Assembly (NCBI GenBank): GCA_043780615.1
Contig: JAYWDN010000064.1
Location: 3,985-67,984, forward strand
Length of the DNA: 64,000 nt
Source: Bacteroidota bacterium
GTDB lineage: Bacteria; Bacteroidota; Bacteroidia; Cytophagales; Cyclobacteriaceae
Direction: 5' to 3'
Positions 29,009 to 38,220 of this stretch are shown here, one piece after another; position 1 is the first letter of the stretch, and every line of letters starts with the position of its first letter. Made by a program: the position numbers and the translations under genes. Below the pieces are notes generated by a model, which searched no databases, was not told where the DNA came from, and saw only the letters and a list, made by a program, of their open reading frames with translations.

Positions 29009-29389
29009 TCAGTCGGCAAGCTTGGCCGCGGCCACCACATCATCGAAATCGATGTCTGCCATTTTTATGGAATACAACAACAGCCTTACTTCTTTGACGT
29101 GAACGCTACCATCGATTTGGCTGATTTTATAAAGATGAACGAGGGCACGTTTTTTTTCTTCATCGTTGCACGAGTTGATCAGCTCAAGACTCTTCACATA
29201 AATATCTTTTAGTTTGCTGAACTTAACGGTGCGCTGGAATTCATTGAAAACCGAATCGGAAATTTTTTCTTTGTCCCTGATTTTTATCAACGTGTTCTGC
29301 TCACTTTCATTGACAATACCATCGGCATTGATGAGCAGGTGCACCAAATACAGAAGCCCAAGCTGATAGTTTTTATTGTCCACCGACAA
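29009..29389 (-). CDS. TerB-family helical protein
   Basis: LINADGIVNESE and SQIDGSVHVKE paired TerB-like motifs. The start codon is uncertain (TTG or GTG). Confidence 0.7.
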   Translation of the reverse strand: MSVDNKNYQLGLLYLVHLLINADGIVNESEQNTLIKIRDKEKISDSVFNEFQRTVKFSKLKDIYVKSLELINSCNDEEKKRALVHLYKISQIDGSVHVKEVRLLLYSIKMADIDFDDVVAAAKLAD

Positions 29390-29449
29390 AATATTTCTTT
29401 AAAGATAAATGAATTGCCACTAACGAGGAAACAGTAACACGACTTCTTG

Positions 29450-31567
29450 CTAAGAAAGAAATTGATAAACTGCGAGTGCTGAAAAATAAGCCAGCGCAGT
29501 CATGTACGCCAACTGGATCATCGGCCATTTCCAACCTTTGGTCTCGCGCTTTACCACCGCCAGCGTGCTCATGCACTGCATGGCAAAGGTATAAAACACA
29601 AGCAACGACATCCCCACGGCCAGCGTGTAGCGTGGCCCGCCAGTTTCAGGGTTGATCTCGGATTTTAATTTTTGTTTTATCGTAGATTGGTCTTCACTGC
29701 TGGCAATGCTATAGATGGTGGCGATGGTGCCCACGAATACTTCGCGCGCAGCAAATGAAGTGACCAGTGCAATGCCAATCTTCCAGTCGAAGCCAAGGGG
29801 TTTGATCACGGGCTCTAACACTTTCCCCAGCTGGCCAGCATACGAATGCTCTAACTTGTAAGCGGCCAGGCGATCATGCAGCATTTGTTCCGTAAGGTTT
29901 TGGTTGGCGGTTTCTTTTCGCACTGTTTCTTTGGCCGCGTTCATCACATCACGTGGCCCGTAGCTGGCCAGCACATACAAGATGATGGAGATGGCAAGAA
30001 TTGTTTTGCCGGCTTGAAACACAAATGCTTTTGTCTTTTCGATAATTTGATAGCCCACGTTGCTCCACTTGGGCATTCTATAGGTGGGCAGTTCCATGAT
30101 GAGGTAGCTGCGCTCTTTCACGTTGATCAAAAACTTCATGGCCAGCGCAGAGAAGAGGGCAGCCAAAAAACCTAACAGATACAGGCCCATCAGCACTAAG
30201 CCCTGGTAATTAAAAAAGCCAAAAACTTTTGTGTCGGGGATGATGAGCGCCACCAAAATAGTGTACACAGGCAACCGTGCCGAGCAACTCATCAATGGCG
30301 TAACAAAAATAGTGATGAGCCTGTCTTTCCAGTTTTCGATGGTGCGTGTGGCCATGATGGCCGGGATGGCGCAAGCCCAGCCCGACATCAGCGGCACAAC
30401 GCTTTTTCCGCTCAGTCCAAATTTGCGCATGAGCTTGTCCATCATAAAAACCACGCGCGCCATGTAGCCGGTTTCTTCCAGCACCGAAATGAACGCAAAC
30501 AAAATGGCGATCTGTGGAATGAAAATCACAATGCCCCCAATGCCGGGCACAATGCCGTGCGAAATCAGTTCAAAAAACGGACCTGCGGGCAACACGTGAT
30601 CGAGCTTATTGCCAAGCTGTGCAAACGTGGTGTCGATAAAATCCATCGGGATCTGCGCCCACGCAAAAATGGATTGGAAGATCAAAAACAAGATCAAAAA
30701 GAAAATCACATAGCCCCAGATTTTGTGCGTGAGCACGCGGTCGATGCTGTGCGAGACTTTTTTCCAACCTTCGTTTGAAGAGCGAAGAATCACTTCGTTC
30801 AGCAGGTCTTGGATAAAGCCATAGCGCATGATTGTTTCTGCGCCTTGGTATTTGTAGGCAAAGAAATTGTTTTGTTTGGCGTTGGCGCGGATAAATTCTC
30901 GATCGCGCTCAGGCAAAAAAACCAAATTGTCGGACTGCTGCAAAAACTGATAGGCTTCATAGTCGGAGGTGAGGGCAAACCGTTCTTTTATGGTTTCGAT
31001 GAGCGGCTTGCTCTCGTCATCGGCACGATAAATAGTTTTGCTGCTGGGCTTCAGGGGGCTTGCCAAAATAGTCCGCAGTTTATCGATGCCTGTGCCGTTG
31101 CGCGCGTTGATGAGCACCACAGGCATGTCCAATTTTTTTTCTAATTTTTTCAAGTCAATGCTCTGCCCCGATTTGGCGGCAAGGTCCACCATGTTCAACG
31201 CCAACACCGTGGGCAGCCGCAAGTCCATCAATTGCGTGAGCAACAGCAAACAATTTTTTAGATTGGTGGCATCGGCAACGAGCACCACCTTGTCGGGATA
31301 AAAATTCCCTTTTTGGTCTGTAAAAATTTCGGCCACTACTTTCTCATCGAGCGTGCGCGGGTAGAGACTGTACGTGCCGGGCAAGTCGATGATCTCGGCA
31401 ACGGTGTGGTCGTCAAGTTGGCAAGTACCCGTGCGCTTGTCCACGGTTACGCCTGGGAAGTTTCCAATTTTTTGGTTGAGGCCCGTCAGTTGATTGAACA
31501 AAGAAGACTTGCCCGAGTTGGGCTTGCCAGCCAATGCGATTTTTAGTTTTCGCTCCGATGCCATCAA
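29450..31567 (-). CDS. feoB: Ferrous iron transporter B
   Basis: GKPNSGKS, NFPGVTV and DLPGTYS GTPase motifs, plus membrane domain. Confidence 0.96.
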   Translation of the reverse strand: MMASERKLKIALAGKPNSGKSSLFNQLTGLNQKIGNFPGVTVDKRTGTCQLDDHTVAEIIDLPGTYSLYPRTLDEKVVAEIFTDQKGNFYPDKVVLVADATNLKNCLLLLTQLMDLRLPTVLALNMVDLAAKSGQSIDLKKLEKKLDMPVVLINARNGTGIDKLRTILASPLKPSSKTIYRADDESKPLIETIKERFALTSDYEAYQFLQQSDNLVFLPERDREFIRANAKQNNFFAYKYQGAETIMRYGFIQDLLNEVILRSSNEGWKKVSHSIDRVLTHKIWGYVIFFLILFLIFQSIFAWAQIPMDFIDTTFAQLGNKLDHVLPAGPFFELISHGIVPGIGGIVIFIPQIAILFAFISVLEETGYMARVVFMMDKLMRKFGLSGKSVVPLMSGWACAIPAIMATRTIENWKDRLITIFVTPLMSCSARLPVYTILVALIIPDTKVFGFFNYQGLVLMGLYLLGFLAALFSALAMKFLINVKERSYLIMELPTYRMPKWSNVGYQIIEKTKAFVFQAGKTILAISIILYVLASYGPRDVMNAAKETVRKETANQNLTEQMLHDRLAAYKLEHSYAGQLGKVLEPVIKPLGFDWKIGIALVTSFAAREVFVGTIATIYSIASSEDQSTIKQKLKSEINPETGGPRYTLAVGMSLLVFYTFAMQCMSTLAVVKRETKGWKWPMIQLAYMTALAYFSALAVYQFLS

Positions 31568-31797
31568 TTCAAAATTGAAATAGTTGCAGCTTCTTCCAAC
31601 CGAAGCGAAAGATCATAGCCCGAAACACTCACACAAACCGGGTCGCCAAAAGGCGCGGTAAAATTGAAACGAACTGCGGTGCCAGGCAAAAAGCCCATTT
31701 CTAAAAGCTTCACCGAAATTTCTTCGTCAGTGAAACCCGAGATCACCGCAGTTTCGCCCGGGATCATTTGAGCAACAGTTTTGAAGTTGGTTTGCAA
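31564..31797 (-). CDS. feoA: Ferrous iron transport protein A
   Basis: KLLEMGFLPG...APFGDP motif, coupled to feoB. The start may be ATG 31767. Confidence 0.92.
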   Translation of the reverse strand: MQTNFKTVAQMIPGETAVISGFTDEEISVKLLEMGFLPGTAVRFNFTAPFGDPVCVSVSGYDLSLRLEEAATISILN

Positions 31798-31799
31798 TC

Positions 31800-31822
31800 T
31801 TATTTAGATTAATTTTAAATAA
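31800..31822. promoter_or_regulatory. Candidate Fur-type iron-response palindrome upstream of feoA
   Basis: TTATTTAGATTAATTTTAAATAA is a near-perfect 9-5-9 inverted repeat directly upstream of feoAB. It resembles the ATTTAGAATnATTCTAAAT box I recall for Flavobacteriia Fur. Confidence 0.55.
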
Positions 31823-31914
31823 CGCGAATATATGTGCCTTGCTTTGTAATGCAAAGACGATAGGCCTAAATGTTTGATCACAAAACCATAATGATGAAAG
31901 ATAGGGTTCGGTCA

Positions 31915-32058
31915 ATGAAGAAGAAACCGAAAGACGAAAAGCCGATTCCAAAAAAAATGGAAAAACCATTGGCGTCTTCCGAAACCGACAAAACGACAAC
32001 TTTTGACTTTGGCGGCTTGCCCGCCCGCGACCTGAAGAAAAACTTGGGCTGTGGATGA
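31915..32058 (+). CDS. Small hypothetical protein ending FDFGGLP-x4-KKNLGCG
   Basis: Lys-rich low-complexity N-terminus and a distinctive C-terminus. The start could be 31870, 31891 or 31915. Confidence 0.55.
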   Translation: MKKKPKDEKPIPKKMEKPLASSETDKTTTFDFGGLPARDLKKNLGCG

Positions 32059-32135
32059 AAGTCATAAAATGGGCAGCACCACCTTACTTTTGAAAATATT
32101 TTTTTACTTTTACTTAAACTATTAAACCACACTTC

Positions 32136-32780
32136 ATGAAAACTAAAGTTATTATCGTTTGCCTGGCTTTGATTTTTTCCGGCATGCAAGTTTTCGCACA
32201 ACTTTCTAAAGCCGAAAAAAAGGAATGGAAAAAGAAAGCCAAACAATATGCCAAGAACCCGGCCAGCTTAAAAACACTTATCGAGACCAAGCAGGTTGTT
32301 GAAACCGACAACTCTTCGCTCAAAGGCCAAGTGAGCACACTCAATGGCCAAATCAGTGATAAGAATTCGCAGATCGCAGACCTTGAAGATCAGATCTCAA
32401 AAATGCGCAGCGACCTCACCGCTACCAAAGCAGCGTTGGCGCAGTTGAAAGAAACACCGCCCGCACCAAGTCCTATGGACTTTTCCAAGGGTGTGGTTTT
32501 CAAAGTGCAGATCGGGGCCTTTAAAAACAAGGACCTTTCAAAATACTTTGAGAACAATCCCAACTTTGGTGGTGAAGCCTCTGAGAAGGGCGAACAGAAA
32601 TTTACCATCGGTGTGTTTCGCGACTATTGGGAAGCCGACAAGTTTAAAAAATATTTGCGCGAGATGGGCGTGAAAGATGCGTGGATTGTGCCCTTCAAAG
32701 ACGGGCAGCGCGTAGAGATCAAAGATGTGCTGGAGGGTGTAGTGGCCGACAAGGCCGAGAAAGCACAAGGCACAAAATAA
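32136..32780 (+). CDS. Secreted coiled-coil protein with C-terminal SPOR-like domain
   Basis: Signal peptide, coiled coil, then VVFKVQIGAF...IGVFRDYWEADKFKKYLREMGVKDAWIV. Confidence 0.75.
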   Translation: MKTKVIIVCLALIFSGMQVFAQLSKAEKKEWKKKAKQYAKNPASLKTLIETKQVVETDNSSLKGQVSTLNGQISDKNSQIADLEDQISKMRSDLTATKAALAQLKETPPAPSPMDFSKGVVFKVQIGAFKNKDLSKYFENNPNFGGEASEKGEQKFTIGVFRDYWEADKFKKYLREMGVKDAWIVPFKDGQRVEIKDVLEGVVADKAEKAQGTK

Positions 32781-32787
32781 AAATCAT

Positions 32788-32882
32788 TTAAGGGCATCTC
32801 TAAAACCCCGCCACACCTTCTCTTCCGGAGAAGGGGAAGGGGTTGAGGTAGTCAAAGGCAAGGTTTTTAGAGATGCCCTTAA
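32788..32882. mobile_element. MITE-like element with 18-bp perfect terminal inverted repeat
   Basis: TTAAGGGCATCTCTAAAA ... TTTTAGAGATGCCCTTAA, with an internal hairpin CCTTCTC-TTCCG-GAGAAGG. Confidence 0.7.
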
Positions 32883-32888
32883 GAAACT

Positions 32889-32922
32889 AAGAGCCACGCT
32901 AAACACGTGGCTCTTTTTTTTA
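32889..32922 (+). terminator. Intrinsic terminator
   Basis: AAGAGCCACG-loop-CGTGGCTCTT followed by a T run. Confidence 0.85.
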
Positions 32923-32960
32923 ACTAAACCTCCTTTCAAGTTTGTTCTTATTTTTGTCCG

Positions 32961-33743
32961 ATGCTTAGAACCACCTTACTCATTTTCACTTTCACATGTA
33001 TTGCTTTCGCAAGTTGGTCTCAAATCCGATTGAGCAAATTGATTATTGAAACCAAAGAACACTACTCCATTTTGTCCACTGATATTCTGGTGGTCGATAC
33101 ATTGGTCATGCGCGATTCGTCATCGATTATTCTGAATCCCACGAAGAAGGAAAATTTTATTCACGCCAAGGTGGCGATCATCGGCCAAGACTGTTCAATC
33201 ATCGGCCATGGAAAGAATGGACAAAAAGGATTGAACGGAGAAAATGGAACAACCCAATCCGCTCCGTGCAGAAACGGAGCGCAGGGCTTTGACGCTTACT
33301 TAGGCGAGCATGGAAAAGAGGGACTGAATCTTTCGCTGTACGTAACGCAACTGCGCATCAATGGCTCACTCATCATCAACTTGAACGGTGGCGATGGTGG
33401 CGATGGCGGCAAGGGCGGGCGAGGTGGCGATGGCGGCTCAGGTACGCGCGTGTGCCCGGCTGGCGATGGTGGTAAAGGTGGGAATGGGGCTGCCGGTGGC
33501 GATGGCGGCAACGGTGGTGCGCTCAGCATCACTTGCAAACAATGCCCTGATCTCCACTTGCTCATGGGCGAAAAATTGATCGCAAAAAACTACGGTGGCT
33601 TTGGCGGGCTCGGAGGCGATGGCGGCTTTGGCGGCCAAGCCGGGCTTGGCCCTGTGAGGGATGGCCGAAACGGACAACGTGGACTGGAAGGCACAAAGGC
33701 TGAGCAAGGCAAAATTGGAATTGTAAACCTGATCGGGGAATGA
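32961..33743 (+). CDS. Secreted glycine-rich (Gxx/GGx repeat) protein
   Basis: Signal peptide, then GKNGQKGLNGENG, GGDGGDGGKGGRGGDGG and GGFGGLGGDGGFGG blocks. Confidence 0.8.
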   Translation: MLRTTLLIFTFTCIAFASWSQIRLSKLIIETKEHYSILSTDILVVDTLVMRDSSSIILNPTKKENFIHAKVAIIGQDCSIIGHGKNGQKGLNGENGTTQSAPCRNGAQGFDAYLGEHGKEGLNLSLYVTQLRINGSLIINLNGGDGGDGGKGGRGGDGGSGTRVCPAGDGGKGGNGAAGGDGGNGGALSITCKQCPDLHLLMGEKLIAKNYGGFGGLGGDGGFGGQAGLGPVRDGRNGQRGLEGTKAEQGKIGIVNLIGE

Positions 33744-33744
33744 C

Positions 33745-35445
33745 ATGGAAAAACGCTGGACTTACCAAGTCGTTCCATCGCCAGAAAAAATAACTGAGCT
33801 TGGAAAAGCCCTGAACATCAACGCTTACCTCGCGGCAATTTTATTGCAGCGTGGCATTGATGATTTTGAAACCGCTAAAAATTTCTTCAGGCCTTCGCTA
33901 TCGCACCTCCACGATCCTTTTTTAATGAAAGATATGGCGCAAGCAGTAGCGCGATTAAAAAACGCAATTGACAACAATGAAAAGATACTGATCTATGGCG
34001 ACTACGATGTGGACGGCACCACGGCCGTGTCGCTTGTTTATAGTTACCTCAAAAGTTTTTATCCGCATTGCGACTTCTACATTCCCGACCGCTACACCGA
34101 AGGCTACGGAGTTTCAGAGGCGGGGATCAAGTGGGCAGAAAAAAATGGCTTTACATTGGTCATCGCCTTGGACCTCGGCATCAAGGCCAGCGACATGGTG
34201 GCGCTGGCCAGCATCAAGGGCATCGACTTTATTATTTGCGATCATCATTTGCCCGGTGGCGAAATTCCCAACGCGGTGGCCGTGCTCGACCCCAAGCGTG
34301 AAGATTGTAATTATCCATTTAAAGAACTGAGTGGTTGCGGCCTTGGATTTAAATTGATTCAGGCTTTCGCAAAAAAATTCAAGGACGAACAAGAAACGTT
34401 TCACTACCTCGACCTTGTGGCGGTAAGCATCGCCTCAGATATTGTGCCGATCAATGGCGAGAACCGCACCCTTGCCTTTTTTGGTTTGCAAAAACTAAAT
34501 AGCAACCCGTGCCCTGGCCTCAAGGCATTAAAAGAAATTGCCGCCATCAAACATGACTTAGATGTGTCGGGTGTGGTGTTCACGCTCGGGCCGCGCATCA
34601 ATGCGGCCGGGCGCGTGGCGCATGCGCGCGGGGCAGTAGAGCTTTTGATTTCGCAAAGCGAAGAAGACGCCAATGCGTTCGCAGAAAAAGTGAACATCAA
34701 AAATGATTTGCGCAGAGAATTTGATTTGAGCATCACCGAAGAAGCCTTGGCGATGATCGAAACCGATGTGTCGATGCGCACTGCAAAATCAACCGTGCTA
34801 TTTAAAAGTACTTGGAACAAAGGCGTGATCGGCATTGTGGCCTCGCGCTGTATCGAAAAATATTATCGCCCCACGATTATCCTCACGGAATCAAACGATA
34901 AAGTCTCGGGTTCGGCACGAAGCGTAAAAGGTTTTGATTTGTACAAGGCATTAGAAAATTGTAGCGACTTGCTCGAAAAATTTGGAGGCCACAAATATGC
35001 AGCAGGTCTTACGCTTGATAAAAGTAACTTGAGGGCTTTTCAAAAACGGTTTGAAGAAGTAGTGTCGGCTTCCATCACCGAAGAAATGCAAACGCCAGCA
35101 GTGGAGGTGGACATTGTCATTCCGCTTGACGCGATCACGGGAAAATTTTTCACCATCTTAAAACAAATGGCACCCTTTGGCCCAGAAAACCCCAAGCCAG
35201 TATTCGAGGCAAGGAATTTGTATGTAGCCAACTCGCTGTCGAATTTTAAAGACAGGCATGTTCGTTTTTTGGTAGGGCAGAAGGGAAGTGAAAGTGTTTT
35301 TCAAACCGTGGGCTTTGATCTGGCCGATCATTATAAAAATTTGGCCAGCGGAAATAATTTTAAGATGGCTTTTACAATCGATGAAAATAGTTACAATGGC
35401 ATCACGTCCATCCAACTGAGGGCAAAAGAGATTAAATTTGAATAA
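33745..35445 (+). CDS. recJ: Single-stranded-DNA-specific exonuclease RecJ
   Basis: [20 protein letters not shown] and FGGHKYAAG (DHH/DHHA1). Confidence 0.96.
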   Translation: MEKRWTYQVVPSPEKITELGKALNINAYLAAILLQRGIDDFETAKNFFRPSLSHLHDPFLMKDMAQAVARLKNAIDNNEKILIYGDYDVDGTTAVSLVYSYLKSFYPHCDFYIPDRYTEGYGVSEAGIKWAEKNGFTLVIALDLGIKASDMVALASIKGIDFIICDHHLPGGEIPNAVAVLDPKREDCNYPFKELSGCGLGFKLIQAFAKKFKDEQETFHYLDLVAVSIASDIVPINGENRTLAFFGLQKLNSNPCPGLKALKEIAAIKHDLDVSGVVFTLGPRINAAGRVAHARGAVELLISQSEEDANAFAEKVNIKNDLRREFDLSITEEALAMIETDVSMRTAKSTVLFKSTWNKGVIGIVASRCIEKYYRPTIILTESNDKVSGSARSVKGFDLYKALENCSDLLEKFGGHKYAAGLTLDKSNLRAFQKRFEEVVSASITEEMQTPAVEVDIVIPLDAITGKFFTILKQMAPFGPENPKPVFEARNLYVANSLSNFKDRHVRFLVGQKGSESVFQTVGFDLADHYKNLASGNNFKMAFTIDENSYNGITSIQLRAKEIKFE

Positions 35446-35446
35446 C

Positions 35447-36193
35447 ATGGTTTTGCGTGCCGAACATTTGATTAAAAAATATAAGAAACGCACGGTGGTG
35501 AACAACGTGTCGGTGCACGTGGGCCAAGGGGAAATTGTGGGGCTGCTCGGCCCCAATGGTGCGGGCAAGACCACAATCTTCTATATGATTGTGGGGTTGA
35601 TCAAACCCAACGAAGGCAATATTTTTTTAGATGAAGAAAACATCACCAGCCTGCCCATGTACAGGCGTGCAAAATTGGGCATCGGTTATTTGGCGCAAGA
35701 AGCGTCTGTGTTTAGAAAGCTAACGGTGGAAGAAAACATCATGGCTCCGTTGGAGATGCGCGACATGAGCAAAAAAGACCGCAAGGAAAAAGTAGAGAAG
35801 TTGCTGGTAGAATTCAGTCTCACACACGTGCGAAAAAATTTGGGCATGGTGCTATCGGGTGGTGAAAGACGGAGGACAGAGATTGCACGTGCCCTGGCAG
35901 TCGATCCGAGTTTTGTTTTGTTAGACGAACCCTTTGCGGGCGTTGACCCCATTGCGGTGGAAGAAATTCAAGGCATTGTAAGCAGGCTCAAAAAGAAAAA
36001 CATCGGCATCCTGATCAGCGATCACAACGTGGACGAAACCCTTGCCATTACCGACCGTGCTTACTTGATGGTGGAAGGAAAACTTTTTAAAGCAGGCACA
36101 GCACAAGAACTTGCCGATGACCCTTTGGTTCGAAAAGTTTACCTCGGACAAAATTTTCAGTTGCGCAGAGCAAACGTGGAAACTCATCCGTAA
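35447..36193 (+). CDS. lptB: LPS export ABC transporter ATP-binding protein
   Basis: [26 protein letters not shown] and DEPFAGVDP. Confidence 0.95.
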   Translation: MVLRAEHLIKKYKKRTVVNNVSVHVGQGEIVGLLGPNGAGKTTIFYMIVGLIKPNEGNIFLDEENITSLPMYRRAKLGIGYLAQEASVFRKLTVEENIMAPLEMRDMSKKDRKEKVEKLLVEFSLTHVRKNLGMVLSGGERRRTEIARALAVDPSFVLLDEPFAGVDPIAVEEIQGIVSRLKKKNIGILISDHNVDETLAITDRAYLMVEGKLFKAGTAQELADDPLVRKVYLGQNFQLRRANVETHP

Positions 36194-36271
36194 CTGCTTT
36201 TTTCTATCGTTTCGTATTCTTTTTGTTTGGAGATTACCGCCAAGCCCTGCTATTTTTGATTTTATTGCAAT

Positions 36272-37792
36272 ATGCAACTGATCAACTCCATCCTCACTTG
36301 GGTAATGAAAAAGCGGATCCACCAGATCGAGCTCTTCATGAAGTACCCGCACGAGGTGCAAGACGAAGTGCTTAAACGATTGCTCGCCACCGCCACAGGC
36401 ACGGAGTTTGGCAAAAGCTTTTCGTTCGAAGACATTGTCAACTACGAAGATTTTAAAAGACGCGTGCCAGTTCATACGTACGAACAACTTTTTCCGTACA
36501 TCGACCGGCTCATGCATGGAGAGCAAAATATTTTGTGGCCTTCCGAAATAAAATGGTTTGCCAAATCGAGTGGCACCACCAATGCACGTAGCAAATTCAT
36601 CCCGGTTTCTGCTGAAGCAATTGAAGAGTGCCATCTCAAGGGTGGCAAAGATTTGCTTTCGATCTATGTCAACAATTTCCCGGAAACAAAAATATTTGAT
36701 GGCAAGGGGCTCGGCATAGGTGGAAGCTATCAGGTGAACGAGTTTGACCCCACGGCTTCTTCGCACTATGGCGATGTCTCGGCAGTGATTATGCAAAACT
36801 TGCCTCCATGGGCAGAGTTTATTCGCACGCCCAGTTTGGAAGTGGCGCTGATGGGCGACTGGGAAGAGAAGATTGATAAGATTGCCATCAGTACCGCCAA
36901 AGTAAACGTGGCGCACGTGGCCGGAGTGCCCACGTGGACGGTGCTGTTGTTACAGCGTATCCTCGACCTCGAAAAGAAAAATAGCATTCTTGAAGTGTGG
37001 CCCAACTTGGAAGTTTTTTTTCATGGCGCGGTAGCCTTTAAGCCTTACAAAAATCTTTTCAAGTCGCTGATCCCTTCTGACCAGATGCGTTATTGGGAAA
37101 CCTATAATGCGAGTGAAGGCTTTTTTGGAATTCAAGATCAGAAAGATTCAGACGAATTATTATTGATGCTCGACTACGGTGTGTTTTATGAATTCATCCC
37201 CATGGAAGAATGGGACAAAGAATATCCGGATGCGATCAACTTAGCCGATGTGGAGCTTGGAAAAAACTATGCCGTAGTGATTTCTACCAACGCTGGGCTG
37301 TGGCGCTACAACATTGGCGACACGGTTAAGTTTACGTGCCTTGCACCGTACCGCATCAAAATATCGGGGCGCACCAAACATTTTATAAATGCCTTTGGCG
37401 AAGAGGTGATCATCGAAAATGCCGACACCGCCATTGCCTACGCCTGCGATCAAACCCATGCGGTGATCGACAATTACACGGCAGCCCCGATTTATTTGGA
37501 GAAATCAAAACGCGGTGGGCACGAGTGGATCATTGAATTTAAAAAACAACCGGAGAGCCTTGAGCAATTCACGCAAGCATTGGACGACATGCTGCGCAAA
37601 GTCAACTCCGACTACGATGCCAAGCGTGCGCACAACATTGCGCTTGTAGCACCAAAGATCCACAGCGTGGCAGAGGGAACATTTTATAATTGGATGAAAA
37701 AGCGCGGCAAACTTGGCGGTCAAAACAAAGTGCCAAGACTTAGCAACTCAAGGGAGTTTGTGGATGATATTTTGTCAGTGCAGAGTACTTGA
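36272..37792 (+). CDS. GH3-family acyl-acid amido synthetase-like protein
   Basis: FAKSSGTT, ETYNASEG, GLWRYNIGD and GGQNKVPRL. Confidence 0.9.
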   Translation: MQLINSILTWVMKKRIHQIELFMKYPHEVQDEVLKRLLATATGTEFGKSFSFEDIVNYEDFKRRVPVHTYEQLFPYIDRLMHGEQNILWPSEIKWFAKSSGTTNARSKFIPVSAEAIEECHLKGGKDLLSIYVNNFPETKIFDGKGLGIGGSYQVNEFDPTASSHYGDVSAVIMQNLPPWAEFIRTPSLEVALMGDWEEKIDKIAISTAKVNVAHVAGVPTWTVLLLQRILDLEKKNSILEVWPNLEVFFHGAVAFKPYKNLFKSLIPSDQMRYWETYNASEGFFGIQDQKDSDELLLMLDYGVFYEFIPMEEWDKEYPDAINLADVELGKNYAVVISTNAGLWRYNIGDTVKFTCLAPYRIKISGRTKHFINAFGEEVIIENADTAIAYACDQTHAVIDNYTAAPIYLEKSKRGGHEWIIEFKKQPESLEQFTQALDDMLRKVNSDYDAKRAHNIALVAPKIHSVAEGTFYNWMKKRGKLGGQNKVPRLSNSREFVDDILSVQST

Positions 37793-37794
37793 CT

Positions 37795-38157
37795 TCACAG
37801 CGGCAACTTGGCTTCCCTCCACGCGTTCAGTCCGCCCTTAAGTTGGTACACTTCTTTGAAGCCTTTCGCTTTCATTATCTCAGCCGCCTTGGCACTGCGC
37901 TTGCCTGCGGCACAATAAACAAAAACTGGAGTTTCAGCAGATAGCTTTTCAAGCTTGTCAGCGAAGGCGTTGTCGTAAACAATATTTTGAGAGCCCGCGA
38001 TTGTTCCTTCTTTCACTTCGGCCTCTGTGCGCACGTCAAGTAAAACAGCATTGACTGTGCTTCTATATTTCGAATTAAAATCTTGTGGCGAAAGCGATGT
38101 TTCGGTTTTCTGCTCACTACAAGCAACAAGCAATAGAAGTACAAGAAGTTTTTTCAT
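37795..38157 (-). CDS. Rhodanese-like domain lipoprotein
   Basis: Lipobox LLVAC, LLDVRT.AE and active-loop YCAAGKRS. Confidence 0.88.
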   Translation of the reverse strand: MKKLLVLLLLVACSEQKTETSLSPQDFNSKYRSTVNAVLLDVRTEAEVKEGTIAGSQNIVYDNAFADKLEKLSAETPVFVYCAAGKRSAKAAEIMKAKGFKEVYQLKGGLNAWREAKLPL

Positions 38158-38220
38158 GGCATTTGCATTTACTTTAAAGTTAGCACAAAATGCCACGGAT
38201 TGTACAGATTCACTCAGAAG

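Noticed and set aside
33296-33778. Pro-rich antisense ORFs
   Set aside because: They are the reverse complement of GGx codons in the glycine-rich gene.
35921-36916. 331-aa antisense ORF across lptB and GH3
   Set aside because: It is a shadow of two well-supported plus-strand genes and has no recognisable motifs. The many other short overlapping ORFs in the track were rejected for the same reason.
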